This document shows, piece by piece, positions 1-12,035 of a DNA stretch of 64,000 nucleotides. The translations under genes and the position numbers were made by a program. Positions within the stretch are counted from its first letter, which is position 1. Every line of letters begins with the position of its first letter. The DNA is taken from the NCBI GenBank assembly GCA_009103225.1, contig RHPI01000638.1, positions 496,001 to 560,000 on the forward strand, read 5' to 3'. The notes under the pieces are model-generated. The model saw only the letters and a list, made by a program, of their open reading frames with translations, searched no databases and was not told where the DNA came from. Origin of the DNA: Chlorokybus atmophyticus (taxonomy: Eukaryota > Plantae > Mesostigma and Chlorokybus algae).

Positions 1-2571
1 GCGGGTTTTAAGCCATGCTGGACACTATGAACGACGACGGCAGGGGGGACACTCTCCGCCAAATCATCGCCCGCTGTCGATACAGATGTGGCGAGCAGAA
101 TCCTAGACTTCTGCAAAGCCCCTGGTGTCGCGGGAGAGATGGCGTAGTATTACGCCAAACTGCTTGCAACCATGTTGGCTGTTGTTAATTGCAACATTGA
201 CATAGCCATGGCTAAGGTGCAACAAATTGTGCGGAGAAAAGCAGTATACGTGGAGCACCTGCAAATGACCATGTTTTTCAACAAGCTGGGCTTGTTGATT
301 GGCTGCGGAACCGTTTAGCGTGAGCATGGGGAGTGGGTGCTACGGCCCGTCAGCGCAGTTTGGGTTGGAAATAATGAAGCCCCCAACTCAGTCCTCGTGG
401 TGGGCACTGCTTCTGATGAGCTAGAAGCACACCTTTGGCTGCTCAAGCCTGCAAGCACCGAACAATGGTCGTGGCCTATGCATGAAGCGCCACCGAAGGT
501 AATAGACTTAATCAGAGAGTATCAAAATGGCGTTGCCAATCCCCCTCTACCACCGGCTGCTCCCCAAGATGCTGCGCCAACGCCTCAGGCCTCGCCTTCG
601 TGTGCTAGACAAGAAGTAGCCGACTGTTTTGCACCATCCTACCTCCCCTCAACCACAGCCACATGCTTGCAATAACAATTCAGCACCCTCCCTTCCTGCC
701 GCGGAGACTCACTTGCCACCGTACTCTGACCATCAGGAGGCATCTCCATTAAGAAGCAATAGTAGCTCGCCCTCTCCCTCTAAGCTTGCCACATTGATCT
801 CAGCCTGTCTTGTCGGTAAAGAGATTGATTGAGGTGTCCTAAAAGCTGCGCTGAAAGACAAAAGTTGCATGCTCGACCTCATGAAGCAACATGAGGTCGT
901 GGAGGAACATGAGGCAACGAACAAGCGCAAGGCTGTGGAGCAAGAAGACAACGCCTTACCTCCTCTGAGTAACAGTGTCACGGAGAGCGTCTGCCATGAT
1001 GTGCAGGTTGTTCGAATAAAAAAGATGAAGGTTGTTGGAACAAGGGACGCTGACAGGATCAAAAAAGCAAAGGTGAGGCATCGTTATTATGTAGTTAGAA
1101 GAAGCACGGCGCCTTGAAGCCTCACTGGAGCTGACTGTGTTTTTAGAGTAGGCACAAGTGGGTTTACAGCATTATGTGGCTGCTCAGCATCGTCCGAAGA
1201 GACAGCCGGTACGGCACGAGCTTCTTAAGCTTAAAGCACCGATGCGCAGACGCTTTAGGGGGCTCGTAGTGCAAAGGAGTTGATCGCCCTACAATACGCT
1301 CAAGATGCGCTGCATCACCGCATGCGGCATGCCTCGAGGTGGGTGACAAGAGTATGCAATAAGTGGGAGCAAACGCGGAGAGTGCGGTCTAAACAGACCC
1401 CTAGGATTGGCCATGGTTGGAACCCAAACACGATATGGACATCCGTGGTACGTTGTTGCCCCTCGCCGTCCTCGTTATAATGGTGTAGTTGCTGCCGCAG
1501 CAACCCGGCAATGTGCAAAAGCTCTGCCCGCGGAGTAGAACTTCGACCTGCTGCAACAGATGTACATGTTGATGTCGATTAATGCGGGTCGAGATGTGTG
1601 CCACTACCAAAGCAAATATACTAAGTGGCAAGTAAAACCATTCAAGCTGTACTTGGCATGTTTTAGCTAGCAGTGGATGTATGTTATACGGCACGTCGAG
1701 CTGATTCTATGAAACCTCGACAAAGATCACGATGCAAGCGATTACACCAATCACAACAGCCATGTCGAGGGCCTGATTAAACGCATGCTGAACGAGACCA
1801 CAAGAATCAGCAGGTGGTGTATGGCGGCAGATGGGCGTCAGGTGATCGAGCAGGCAGTGGAGCATTATGCTGCGCCATTTGAGTGGGAGTCGCTGCGCCT
1901 GTAACGCGATTACAAAGTTTGGTGGCAGAGGCAGCTTGCACATCCGCGTGCACCGTGCGTGCTGAATTGTTGCATTGAAGAGCCACCTCCCCCAGTGATT
2001 GGGGAGACGCCCTGTTGCAAGCAAATGATGTGCCATATCTGCATAATATCATAGCAGAAGAACGTGGCAATTAAATCAATGCAGCTACAAGCGTGTCCCA
2101 TGTGCAAGCAATCTCACCCATTTTTGTCGCCACGCCTGCTGCAAGACGCCAATGTGTCGACGGTGATTTGGCCCCCGCCTTGATGAGAATTGTGCATGTA
2201 TTGGGATTTTGTGTTGAATACATGTGAACAACGTAGGTACATGTATAGTTGCAGCATGGTGCATGGTGCACCCGAGATCTGCTGTTGTCGAAAGCATTGG
2301 CTATACATGTGTATGATGACTGCCGGCGCATGAGTCAGTGCATGGCTTGTATACCTTGCTGGTTCAGAGCATGGTTGACAGCAACAAACTCGGACAGCGC
2401 TGGGTTCCATGGAATGACAGCATAGTATTACTCTACGATCGTGGTAGTATGCGAGTACCCCTGTACTGCGGTACCATTAATGCATTAATGCATGGAATAC
2501 CATTCATGTTGATATAGTACCATGCATGGTACTGTAATATTGTCCATGGTACAGTCACGCTTCACTTGAAA

Positions 2572-3059
2572 TGTGACTCGTTTAGGGTTTGTAAGCTAGC
2601 AACCTTAAATTGATGCCCATACCCTAAAGTCTTGCTCAGTTTGTGGGCAGCCGTGCCAATTTATATTATGCATGATTTTGGCGGCAGTTGTTGAATCCCC
2701 CTCACCTAGGAGACCATGCTTGGTGTGAGGGGGGAAGTGCTCCCTCCTCCCTTAAATCCCCTACCCCAACACCACCACTAGCCACGACGCCGCTACCGCC
2801 GCCGCCAGGGCAACTGCCGGAGCTGGAGATCCCCTGGCTATGGCGGTCGCTGCGTTAGCAGCGCCGCCATGCGGCTGATATCGACATGAGACTCGTGTCT
2901 CATGTCGATATCAATATTACAGATAAGTAACACTACATTGGGGCCGTAACATAGGTTAACGGCCCTAATATGGCTTAATAGGCTGTATAATCCCGTTGGG
3001 ACCCTCATTTAATCCTAAATAAGGGCGGGGAACCTCTATGGAGGTAGCACACCGTTACA
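2572..3059 (-). repeat. 3' LTR (488 bp) of a truncated Gypsy/chromovirus element
   Basis: On the minus strand it begins TGTAAC (3059) immediately after a polypurine tract AAGTGGGGGGAA (about 3060-3071) and ends GTCACA (2572). It lies directly downstream of the chromodomain-ending pol. No partner LTR is present. Confidence 0.8.
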
Positions 3060-4961
3060 TTCCCCCCCACTTAGGTTTTAATGTCCTCATTGAAGGGTTA
3101 GCAAAGCCCCACCACGAGTAAAGGAACGAAAGTAGTAAGAGAATTAGGGCCGAATCGGTAAAGATGTCTGCCAGCACCCTTTTACCGTCCGCGTGTGGAC
3201 ATAGTATTCCAGTACCCTCGAAGAATCTCCTGGCAGTTGGTAAGATTCCTTTTGGGCTCCCATGTATTGTGCTCAACACCATACCCTTTCCATTTCATCA
3301 AGTAAGGCGGCGCTCGTCCGCGTCGAGGCTTACAATGACTTAGCATTGCTTCCACCTCATGCTCGAAAGTACTGTCGCCATCCACTGCAACGGGGGGTAG
3401 AGGAGGTTGAATTCAACCGTCAAAACAGTACGGTTTCAATACACTCACATAAAACACATTGTGAATGCGTATCAATTTTGACAAGTGCAAACGATACGCG
3501 TGAGTGCTGACCCGATCAATCACTTTAAAAGGGCCTATCCAGCGAGGGAAAAACTTGCGGGTACCCACTCCCTTAATGGATATGTCTTTGGTGCTGAGAA
3601 GCACCGAACAGCCCACATCGTAGTTGGCCTCTCTACGATGCGCATCAGCATGGGCTTTTTGTCTGTCTTGCGCTGCGCGCAAACAGTCCTTTGCCAACGC
3701 TAACCTATCCTGCATGGCCGAAGCCATCTCGCGCGCTGAAGGTACGCGAGTTATGTCGGTAGCGGGCAACTTAATGTTTGCAGGACTCAGTGGATGCACT
3801 CCATAATTCAAGAAGACCGGAGTTTCCTGCACACTCTCTTGCCATGCATTGTTAATCGCGAACGCAGCCATTGGGAGATAAACATCCCAATCAGATTGGT
3901 TCGGACTCACATAATGCCGGAGTGGTTTCCTCAATCACTTGATTGGCGCGCTCTGTCTGACCATCCGTCTGTGGATGGTAAGCTGTGCTCATGTTGAATA
4001 TGTAAGAAGCTGCATAGCGACTTCTAGAGCTGAGCTACAAATCGCGGATTGCGATTAGACACGAAGTTACGAGGCAAGCCATGTAACTTAAACACATAGG
4101 CGACAAAAACCATTGCTAACTCACGGGAGCCTATTTTCGTGCGGCAAGGGACAATGTGAACCATTTTTGTTAAACGGTCCACAAAAACTGCAACCGCAGT
4201 GTGCCCCAATGCTATCTCCGGGAGCTCAGTAATTGGGTCCATACTCACACTTTCCCACTTGCCATCAGGAACAGGCAAAGGTCGCAGCAACCCAGCGGGT
4301 TTCTGACGTAACGGCTTGTCACGCTGACCTTTGTCACACGTGTCAACATATGCTTCACGTCAACAGGCAACGATGGCCACCAGTACAATTGTTGCGCTGC
4401 CTTAGTAGTCTTGAGACCGCCAAAGTGCCCAGCATAGGTGGATTGTGTACTTCAGCTGTGCATTTTATGCGCAACCCAGCATGGTCAGATATCACCAAGG
4501 CTGGCGCCCATATAATATAAGTTGTCTCTTTTGTCAAGCTGTTGTACATTCTCTTGTATAGAGAACCATGGGTCCAATGCATACCCCTGTGAAACAGCTT
4601 GCACAAATTTATCATCATGAGGCAATGTACCCTGCGTTGCAAGCAACTGCGCACGCATAACTGTTAACAATGACGGACAGCGACTTAGGGGATCTGCCAC
4701 GTTGGTTCTGCCCGGCCGGTATATCCATTCAAAGGTAAACCGCGACAGGAACTCATTCCAGCGAGCTTGCCTACGCGACAAGTTTAGTTGTGTTGAGAAG
4801 TACACCAACGGGTTGTGATCGGTCACCACTGTGAACTGAACTCCCTTTAAGTAACATCGCCATGTTTCAAGAGCATGCACTATACCAAGCAATCCCTGCT
4901 CAGTGGTAGTGTAGTTTTCACCTGTGGAGGTAATCTGGCACATTGGATAGCGATGTAACAC
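3060..4961 (-). pseudogene. Truncated Gypsy pol remnant: RNase H, integrase and chromodomain
   Basis: RNase H NYTTTEQGLLGIVHALETWRCYL..VVTDHNPL (4485-4961); integrase PLPVPDGKWESVSMD..VFVDRLTKMVH (4024-4290) and WDVYLPMAAFAINNAWQESVQETP..GPFKV (3413-3934); chromodomain YLMKWKGYGVEHNTWEPKRNL (3182-3385). Broken by frameshifts; gag, protease, RT and the 5' LTR are absent. Confidence 0.92.
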
Positions 4962-5160
4962 TGCACGTTATGTTGAGCGTATGCTTATCTCATGCATGTT
5001 GAAGATGTTGTCGCATTCAGAGTAGTCTTTTCAGTGGTAGTGTAGTTATCACCTGTGGAGGTAATCTGGCACACTGGACAGCGACGTATCACTGCATGAT
5101 ATGTTAAGCGTATGCTTATTTCATGCATGTTGAAGATGTTGTCGCATTCAGAGCAGTCTT
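4900..5160. repeat. Tandem duplication of a 131-bp unit
   Basis: 4900-5030 and 5031-5160 both start TCAGTGGTAGTGTAGTT and end CATTCAGAG(T/C)AGTCTT; about 90% identical by eye. Confidence 0.9.
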
Positions 5161-5257
5161 CCACGTTGTGGGCGTGGGTAGTTCAACCCCCTGGCCGCTG
5201 TAACGGAGGCAGACCATCAACCGTTGGAGAGTGCACTGAATTGGCTGCAGAACGCAT

Positions 5258-5614
5258 TTGATGGAATGCGAGCAGCTGATCGGTGTGAGTGTTATGGTGC
5301 ATTGGCCGCGGGATGGGGAATGGTATGCGGGCATTGTTGAATCATTCAAGCAAGCATCAGGCCAGCATCGCTTCTTGGCGTGCGAGATTGGCGACGCATT
5401 ATATATGCATGGTGCAATGGAAATTGGCTTTGCAGGGCAGCACCGTATAGTATTTGATAACGATGACCGACCACAAACCATCAATTTTAAATGGCACAAC
5501 GTATTCGCGTACAGGTACACATCAGCTGACGGGGCACGCCATGTTCTGCGCGCCGGAGGGGAGAATGTCAGTCGCAAAATAAGCCCGGACGGCATCATGT
5601 TAGTCCCTGGCTAG
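5258..5614 (+). pseudogene. Tudor-like (royal family) domain fragment with a probable in-frame GC-AG intron (5361-5435)
   Basis: LIGVSVMVHWPRDGEWYAGIVESFKQASG|QHRIVFDNDD resembles the plant PTM/MSH6/PDS5-type Tudor pattern (V.V.WP.D..WY.G.V..Y....G.H.V.YDDGD). Removing 5361-5435 (GCCAGC...TTTGCAG) brings the GQHR half-motif into Tudor spacing. Confidence 0.62.
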
Positions 5615-5670
5615 CACCACAGCTAGCCTTGACCACATACACGCCAGTTAATTACAATCTTGGACGCACA

Positions 5671-6416
5671 CGCCGACCAAAGGCACTTAATTAATTCTGC
5701 GGCAGTGGCGGTGCTAGTGGCGGTTTATATCACGCAGGCTTTGACGTGACCGGGATGGACATAAGTCCCTCCTTTAAGTACACGCTGCCCTTCATACATC
5801 GCGATGTATGCACCCTGAGTGCAAGAAAACTGAGTGAGTACGAGCTCATATGGGCCATCCACCATGCCAGGCCTATTCAGATGCTATCTCGGCACCTCAA
5901 TGGGCGGCACATGGCACATCCTCGAGACACCAGGATATGATACCACTCGTCCGACATCTGCTGCTTGCAAGCCAGGTCAAGTTTATGATTGAGAATGTGC
6001 CAGGAGCAGCTTCCTCTTTCAGACCCAATTTGTCCCTTTGTGGCACGATGTTTGGCCTACCAACCTTGCGACACCGTCTGTTTGAGACACAACCAGTGGT
6101 AGCAACCCCATCAGCACGCTGCTCGCACGCGGGCAAGGCCGTTGGATTGCTATCGCCGCACCTGTCCGCTAGCGCGAAGAAGACAATCGTGACATCAAAC
6201 GCGCCACAGCAAATGTACCCGGCCTATGGCCTTTCAAGCACTAGGGGCGGCATTGCTGCATGGCAAACAGCGCTGGGAGTGCCATGGATGACCTCGGCCA
6301 TTACCATAGCGAATACAGTTCCTCTGGCAATAGCGGAGTGCATAGGGCGTCACATGCTTGAAAAAATGGATATGCGCTATAACTACCCTCATATGTTATG
6401 GCACTATGAGGCTTGA
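5671..6416 (+). pseudogene. Compact bacterial/phage-type C5 DNA cytosine methyltransferase, disrupted by one nonsense codon and one frameshift
   Basis: Motif I RRPKAL(N)(*)FCGSGGASGGLYHAGFDVTGMDI (stop at 5692-5694 where LDLFCG is expected); IWA then a 1-nt frameshift into motif IV PPCQAYS (5859-5879); motif VI FMIENVPGA (E at 5991); motif VIII LCGTMFGLPTLRHRLFE; then ALGVPWM and motif X IANTVPLAIAECIG. The variable region is very short. Confidence 0.9.
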
Positions 6417-7070
6417 GTGTGGTGCACTATTTTTAGGCTTAATGTCACACAGCTGAGTGATCGTTGACTGTTGCATTCAACATTCGATTGTGGTGACAGT
6501 TGTGCGGTAACAGCTGCCCGGTATTGTATACGTCTACATGCGAAAGTCTTAGCATACGATTAGCAATGCCTAACTGACTGATATGCTCCGAACTTAGAGT
6601 ATTGAGACTTTTGAAGGATTAGCATGCACATGTAGCTGAGGCAAGCATAGACACACAGAGACAAAGCTACCGCCACCAGAGCATACACAAGTCACATCAC
6701 ATTCATCTATTACAAGTTGTCCGCTGGTTCTTATACCAGCTAGTTACACACACGTCTACGTTTGCAAGCACTGCGTAAGCTATACTCAACCTTTTGACGC
6801 GCTCTAAGCTGTGTTGTCTTCCTTACAACCAGAGCTTTTCAACAAGCTCTTACACGCCTAATACGAGTAAGTATACGCGGAGAAGCAGTTGGTAAGGCTC
6901 TAGTCTGGAGTCAGGAGTCTGGTCCGACGACGCCATCTTGCTAAGTCCGGACCTAGTGCTCGTCCTTACGACCTTCTATTCTTGTGTGGAGGGTCGATGC
7001 TGATCGTATGTAGGAATGACTCTCAACACTCCCACGCGAGCAGCTTGACCTCCAACGCTTGCTCCTGTAC

Positions 7071-10000
7071 TCAAACACAGATGCCAAGTCCTGCGCAACA
7101 AGTCCTGAACTTGAGCGGTGACAATGGCTTTGTCATAAAGTACGCTAGCATGCCCTCAGTGTTGCAGTACCGGAACTCCACCTCCTTCCTTGTGACTCTG
7201 TCACGCACAAAGTGATGCATGACATCAATGTGCTTCGTCCTTGCCGAGGCGATAGGGTGCTTCAACAACTTAATGGCTCCTTGGTTGTCACAGTTGATGA
7301 CGATGCACGCCATGGGGTGCTCCAAGTCTGCCATGAGCTTGCGAAGCCAGAGTGCCTCCTTCACTGCTGCTGCCGCTGCCATGTACTCAGCCTCTGATGT
7401 AGATGCTGCTGTTGTTGGCTGCAGCCTGCTGTTCCAGCTCACCACGCCTCCGTTCAGCTTGAAGACGTAGCCTGTAGTGGACCTCCTGCTGTTGAGGTCA
7501 CCAGCAAAGTCTGAGTCGCAGTAGCCCTCCAACGCAATGCTTCCAAACTTGATGCCAACTGTTGCGCTCCCAGCAACATAGCGTAGTACTCCCTTTGCTG
7601 CCTTCCAGTGCTCCATGCTCGGTGCAGACATGTAGCGAGCAAGTACTCCCACAGCATGTGCAACATCGGGACGTGTGCACACTGCCAGATAGAGCATGCT
7701 GCCTACCAGCTCACCATATGGATACTGAGCCTTGTCGAGTACCTCCTCATCCTTTGCCTTGATGAGGGCAGTGCCAAGTGCCAACGGTGTGGTCTTGGTC
7801 TTCGCTTCATTGAGCGAAAACTTGGTGACGAGTCTTCTCACCATTTGCTCCTGACTAATCTTGATTGTGCGTGCAGCCCTGTCGCGCTCAACCACCATGC
7901 CAAGGAACCACTTAGCCTCTCCAAGATGACGAACTGAAAATGCTTGCTGTAGAGCAAGTTTCATCTCCTGCAGGTGGTGCACCTGCCTGGCGGTGATGAT
8001 GTCATCAACATACACGAGCAGCCAGACCTTGTTGTCTGCATGGATGAAGAGCCCAGGGTCTGCAGAGGATGCGGTGAAGCCAAGTGCCTCCAGCTCCTTG
8101 GTGAGCTTGATGTGCCACATACGCGGTGCCTGTCGCAGCCCGTACAGTGCCTTGATCAGCTTGCACGCTGTGCCTCTCTCCCCTTCTTCATATCCAGGTG
8201 GTTGCTCGATGAAGATCTCCTCCTCCAGCTCTCCGTAGAGGAAGGCAGTCTTCACATCCAAGTGATGCAGCTCTAGGTCTTCAGCAGCAACCATAGCTAG
8301 CAGTGCACGGAAGGTGGTATGCTTACTTGCAGGTGCAAACACTTCGTTGTGTTGAGATTCGGACACTACTGACCATGCATGAAGTTGGTGCAAGCACAAG
8401 TACACACACTCTACCAGAGCATACACACAAGGTTGATCCAAAAGGCTTTCTAAGGATTACAACAAAGTCACACCGCGGGCTTTTATACCCGCCAGTTCTG
8501 CACCTGTCTACTCTAGAAGCCACCACGACTTCTACACTCAACCGATTCCTGCGCTCTAAGTTGCACCACGTAGCTACTTTTAAGAGCTTTGCAACAAGCT
8601 ATGACACGCGCCATACAATGACGTAACCACCGAGCTACAACGTTTCTTCTACAGCGCCTGGAAGTCTCCAGACTCCGGACTCGACTCCGCGCCTGGAACC
8701 TTCTCGACTGAAGTCCTCGCCTGGACCTTTCTCGACTGGCACCTTCTCGCGCCTGAATCTTCTCGCGGCTATTCTTATCCACAGGGCAAGCTGACCGGAT
8801 ACAAAAATATCCTCTACACGTTGAAGTCCACACCTTCCTGCTGCAAGAAGCTCTTTGCCACCAGTCTTGCCTTGTAGCGCTCAATGTTGCCCTGACCATC
8901 ACGCTTCACCTTGAAGACCCATTTCACTGGAATGGTCTTCACTCCTTACGGTAACCGCTCTAGTGATCAAGTGTTGTTGGCATGGAGTGACGCAATCACC
9001 TCGTCCATAGCACGCTGCCATTGCTCCGCATCTGGTGCTAATAATGCCTCCTCGTAGGTGCTTGGCTCCTCATTGTGCACACTGGCGACATGTGCCTTGT
9101 GTAAGAAGTCAGGTGCCTTTCTCTCCCTCATTTGGTATCTCCGAGCTGCGTGCTCCTGCTGCAGGTGCGGCTCCTTCTGGCCTGCTACAACTGAGTCTCG
9201 CTCACCCTTGTTGTTGATGACTGCCTCGCCCTCAGCCTCCACTGTCTTAGGATGCTCATGTGGCTGTACTTCATCGTCATCTCCCGGAAAGAAGCCTGCT
9301 TCTGGTTGTGATAATCCCTCATGGAAAACCACCTCTCTGCTCACGATGATCTTCTGAGTATCCTCGAGCAAGATCCTGTAAGCCTTGGAACCCGGTTCAT
9401 AGCCAACGAAGATGCCCTTCTTGCTGACCGGCTCCAGCTTGTGCCTGAGCTGTTTAGGCACTAGTGCATATGCCGTGCATCCAAACACACGCATACCACT
9501 CACATCTGGTGTGGCTCCATAGAAGTGCTCCCACGGAGTCTTCTGCTCTGAGCTCACCGGAGACCTGTTGCGGATGTAGTTGGCAGTGAGTACCGCCTCC
9601 TTCCACAAACTGTCTTCCATCTTTGTGTCGTTGAGCATGGCTCGAACACGCTCCACGAGTGTCCTGTTGAGGCGTTCAGCTGCTCCATTTCTGCTGCGGG
9701 GTGTAGGGTGCCGTTGTCTCGTGGCGTATGCCCTTGCTGGCGAAGAATTCCTTCAACTCCTTGTTGATGTACTCCCCTCCTCGGTCACTCCTCATTGCCT
9801 TCATCTTGTTGCTAAACTGTGTCTCCAACAAGGCCACAACTGTGCGCACAGCTCCAGCAATTTCTGACTTGAGCGTTAATGGAAAGATAATGGACAGCTT
9901 GCTATAGTTGTCGAGGAATGTAGCAAAGTACCTGGCCCCTCCCTTCGCCACAATGCGCATAGGGCCACTGACATCCATGTGCACAAGCTCGCAAGGATGC

Positions 10001-11439
10001 TGACTGCTAGAAGAGGATGTTGGGAATGGCATAGCATGCTGCTTTGCAACCAGGCATGGTTTACAAAGTGCACCTGATGCATTCTTGAGTTCTTCTGTGC
10101 TGAGATTGATGCCCTTCACCATCTTCTCAGCGACAAGGCGAGTGAGGTTGACGTAGCTGAGATGCCCGAACCTTCAATGCCACAACATTGGCGAGGCCTT
10201 GTCCTTCACCACCATGGCTTGAATGTCAATGTCCTTGGGGTGCTGCTCCACGTGGTAGAGCCCTCCTGGATCAGCGATTCCAACCATGTGCACGACCCCA
10301 TCAAGGATGACTGTGCAGCCACCCTTCCGAAATAGGATCTCCGCGCCTAAGCGCTCCGCAACCCTCACAGAGAATAGACTCGCAATAGCCTTAGGAACAT
10401 GCAGGACGTTGCGTAACAACACCTCGCGTAGTGTGTTACCAACCTTGCACTGGAGTCGTACGTTGCCAACTCCCTCAGCCACCAGTACTTTGCCACCGAA
10501 GCCCGCCACCTTGATTGTGGACGTCAGCTTCCTGTAGCCCTCCATCTCCTCCTTGGTTGGTGTGAGATGACGATTGCAGTCAGAGTCCACCACCCAGAAA
10601 GCTGTGCCCGCCCTCGAACTGGATGCAGTGAAGGTGACATGTTTCTCCTTGTGTTGGTGCTCGTTGCCGCTGTTGCTGGTGCTTGTTCTAGGTTGCCCCT
10701 GTTGTTTCTTCGTACAGTCCCACACAATGTGCCCCTTCCAACCACACCAGTGGCATGTGAGGTCTTTGTGACGAGGAATGCCTGGCTTGTTGCCTTTGTA
10801 CCTCTCTTCATGGTTGCTCTTCTTTGCGTGCTTGCCGGTGTAGAAGGCGACGGCATCCGCTTGCTCGTCCTTCTTCACAACCCTCTGCTCCACGGTGAGC
10901 AGCTTCGGTAGCACATCGTCCAACGTCAACTCCGATGATGACGTCTCCAGCAGGGTTGCGACGACCTCGTACTCTGCTGGTAGCCCTGCAACAATGGCCA
11001 GCACTACCTCCGTCTCCCCCATGTTGTGGCCGACGTTGATGAAGTCCGCCCATAGCTCTCTCGCGCGCGCAACATACTTTGTGATGGGTTCTGCTGCCTC
11101 TTTCCTGAGTGCGCTCAGCTGCTTGCGTAGCTGCAATTTTCGAGCGTTGTTTTTGGCTCTGAAAACGGCTGATAGCTTTTCCCAAGCTTGTCTACCATCT
11201 TCACATGCAGTGAGCATGGGAAAGTGATGCGGTTTGCTGTTCAACACAAGCAAAGAGTGTGCTTCTGCTGAATGCTCTGACCACACAGTGTTCGCTCCTG
11301 GTGTTGGTGGTGGTGCCTTCGGATCAACGTACTTCCACACCTTCTTGTGGATGAGCAAGGCCTTCATCTCCACGCACCATGTGTTGTAGTTGTCGGTGTC
11401 CAGCTTTGCAATCTGCCCCTTGTCGTAGGTCGCCTCCAT
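7071..11439 (-). pseudogene. Copia gag-pol, frameshifted and interrupted by a solo LTR
   Basis: Gag MEATYDKGQIAKLDTDNYNTW.. with CHWCGWKGHIVWDC knuckle; protease WVVDSDC (DSG mutated); integrase ELVHMDVSGP..RSDRGGEY..ETTAPYTPQQ; RT WVFKVKRDGQGNIERYKARLVAK, HHLDVKTAFLYG, LLVYVDDI; RNase H YCDSDFAGDLNSRRSTTGY..RTKHIDVMHHFVR. Confidence 0.95.
8350..8818. repeat. Solo LTR (469 bp) inserted in the Copia RT
   Basis: TGTTGA...CTACA termini; TSD CGTTG at 8345-8349 and 8819-8823. Excision restores RT GVDFN|EVFAP. Shares blocks with the LTRs at 60893 and 63212. Confidence 0.92.
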
Positions 11440-12035
11440 TTCTGTCGAGCCTGCCTTTCTTGCAGTTGACACCCAAGGCTCTGCTACCAACAAGCTACCG
11501 TAGTGTAGAACTACTATGCACACAAGCTAGTCTCACACTTTTCAAGCGTAGTGTGGGCCCACAACCTGTTGAAGGATTAGCATGCACATGTAGCTGAGGC
11601 AAGCATAGACACACAGAGACATAGCTACCGCCACCAGAGCATACACAAGTCACATTACATTCATCTACAAGTTGTCCGCTGGTTCTTATACCAACCAGAT
11701 ACACACACGTCTACGTTTGCAAGCACTGCGTAAGCTATACTCAACCTTTTGACGCGCTCTAAGCTGTGTTGTCTTCCTTACAACCAGAGCTTTTCAACAA
11801 GCTCTTACACGTCTAATATGAGTAAGTATACGCGGAGATACAAAGCAGTTAGTAAGGCTCCAGTCTGGAGTCAGTCAGGAGTCTGGTCCGACGACGCCAT
11901 CTTGCTAAGTCCGGACCTAGTGCTCGTCCTTACGACCTTCTACTCCTGTGTGGAGGGTCGATGCTGATCGTATGTAGGAATGACTCTCAATAGAGACAAG
12001 TACATGTGGCACGTGGCAGTGCAGTGAACGTTCAC

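Larger units (their letters stand above)
6609..11992 (-). mobile_element. Ty1/Copia LTR retrotransposon, full length but defective
   Basis: LTRs at 11567-11992 (5') and 6609-7028 (3'); TSD GAGAC at 6604-6608 and 11993-11997; PBS GGTTGTGGGCCCAC at 11553-11566; PPT GCGTGGGAG at about 7029-7037; domain order gag-PR-IN-RT-RH. Confidence 0.96.

Noticed and set aside
16-2410. Decayed plus-strand frame (16-1117) with a chromodomain-like ending, and Cys-rich minus-strand frames suggesting KDZ/CxC domains
   Set aside because: Motif matches were too weak and the frames too broken to name a family; left unannotated. It could be more of the Plavaka-associated element, but I cannot support that.
2581-2590. 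TTTAGGG/AAACCCTA telomere-like motifs here and in the DIRS A repeats
   Set aside because: Single isolated units, not arrays; expected by chance or as telo-box motifs.
7212-8276. Numerous plus-strand ORFs over the Copia RT, and similar antisense ORFs over the Gypsy and DIRS genes
   Set aside because: Shadow ORFs on the antisense strand of GC-rich coding sequence, with no independent motifs.
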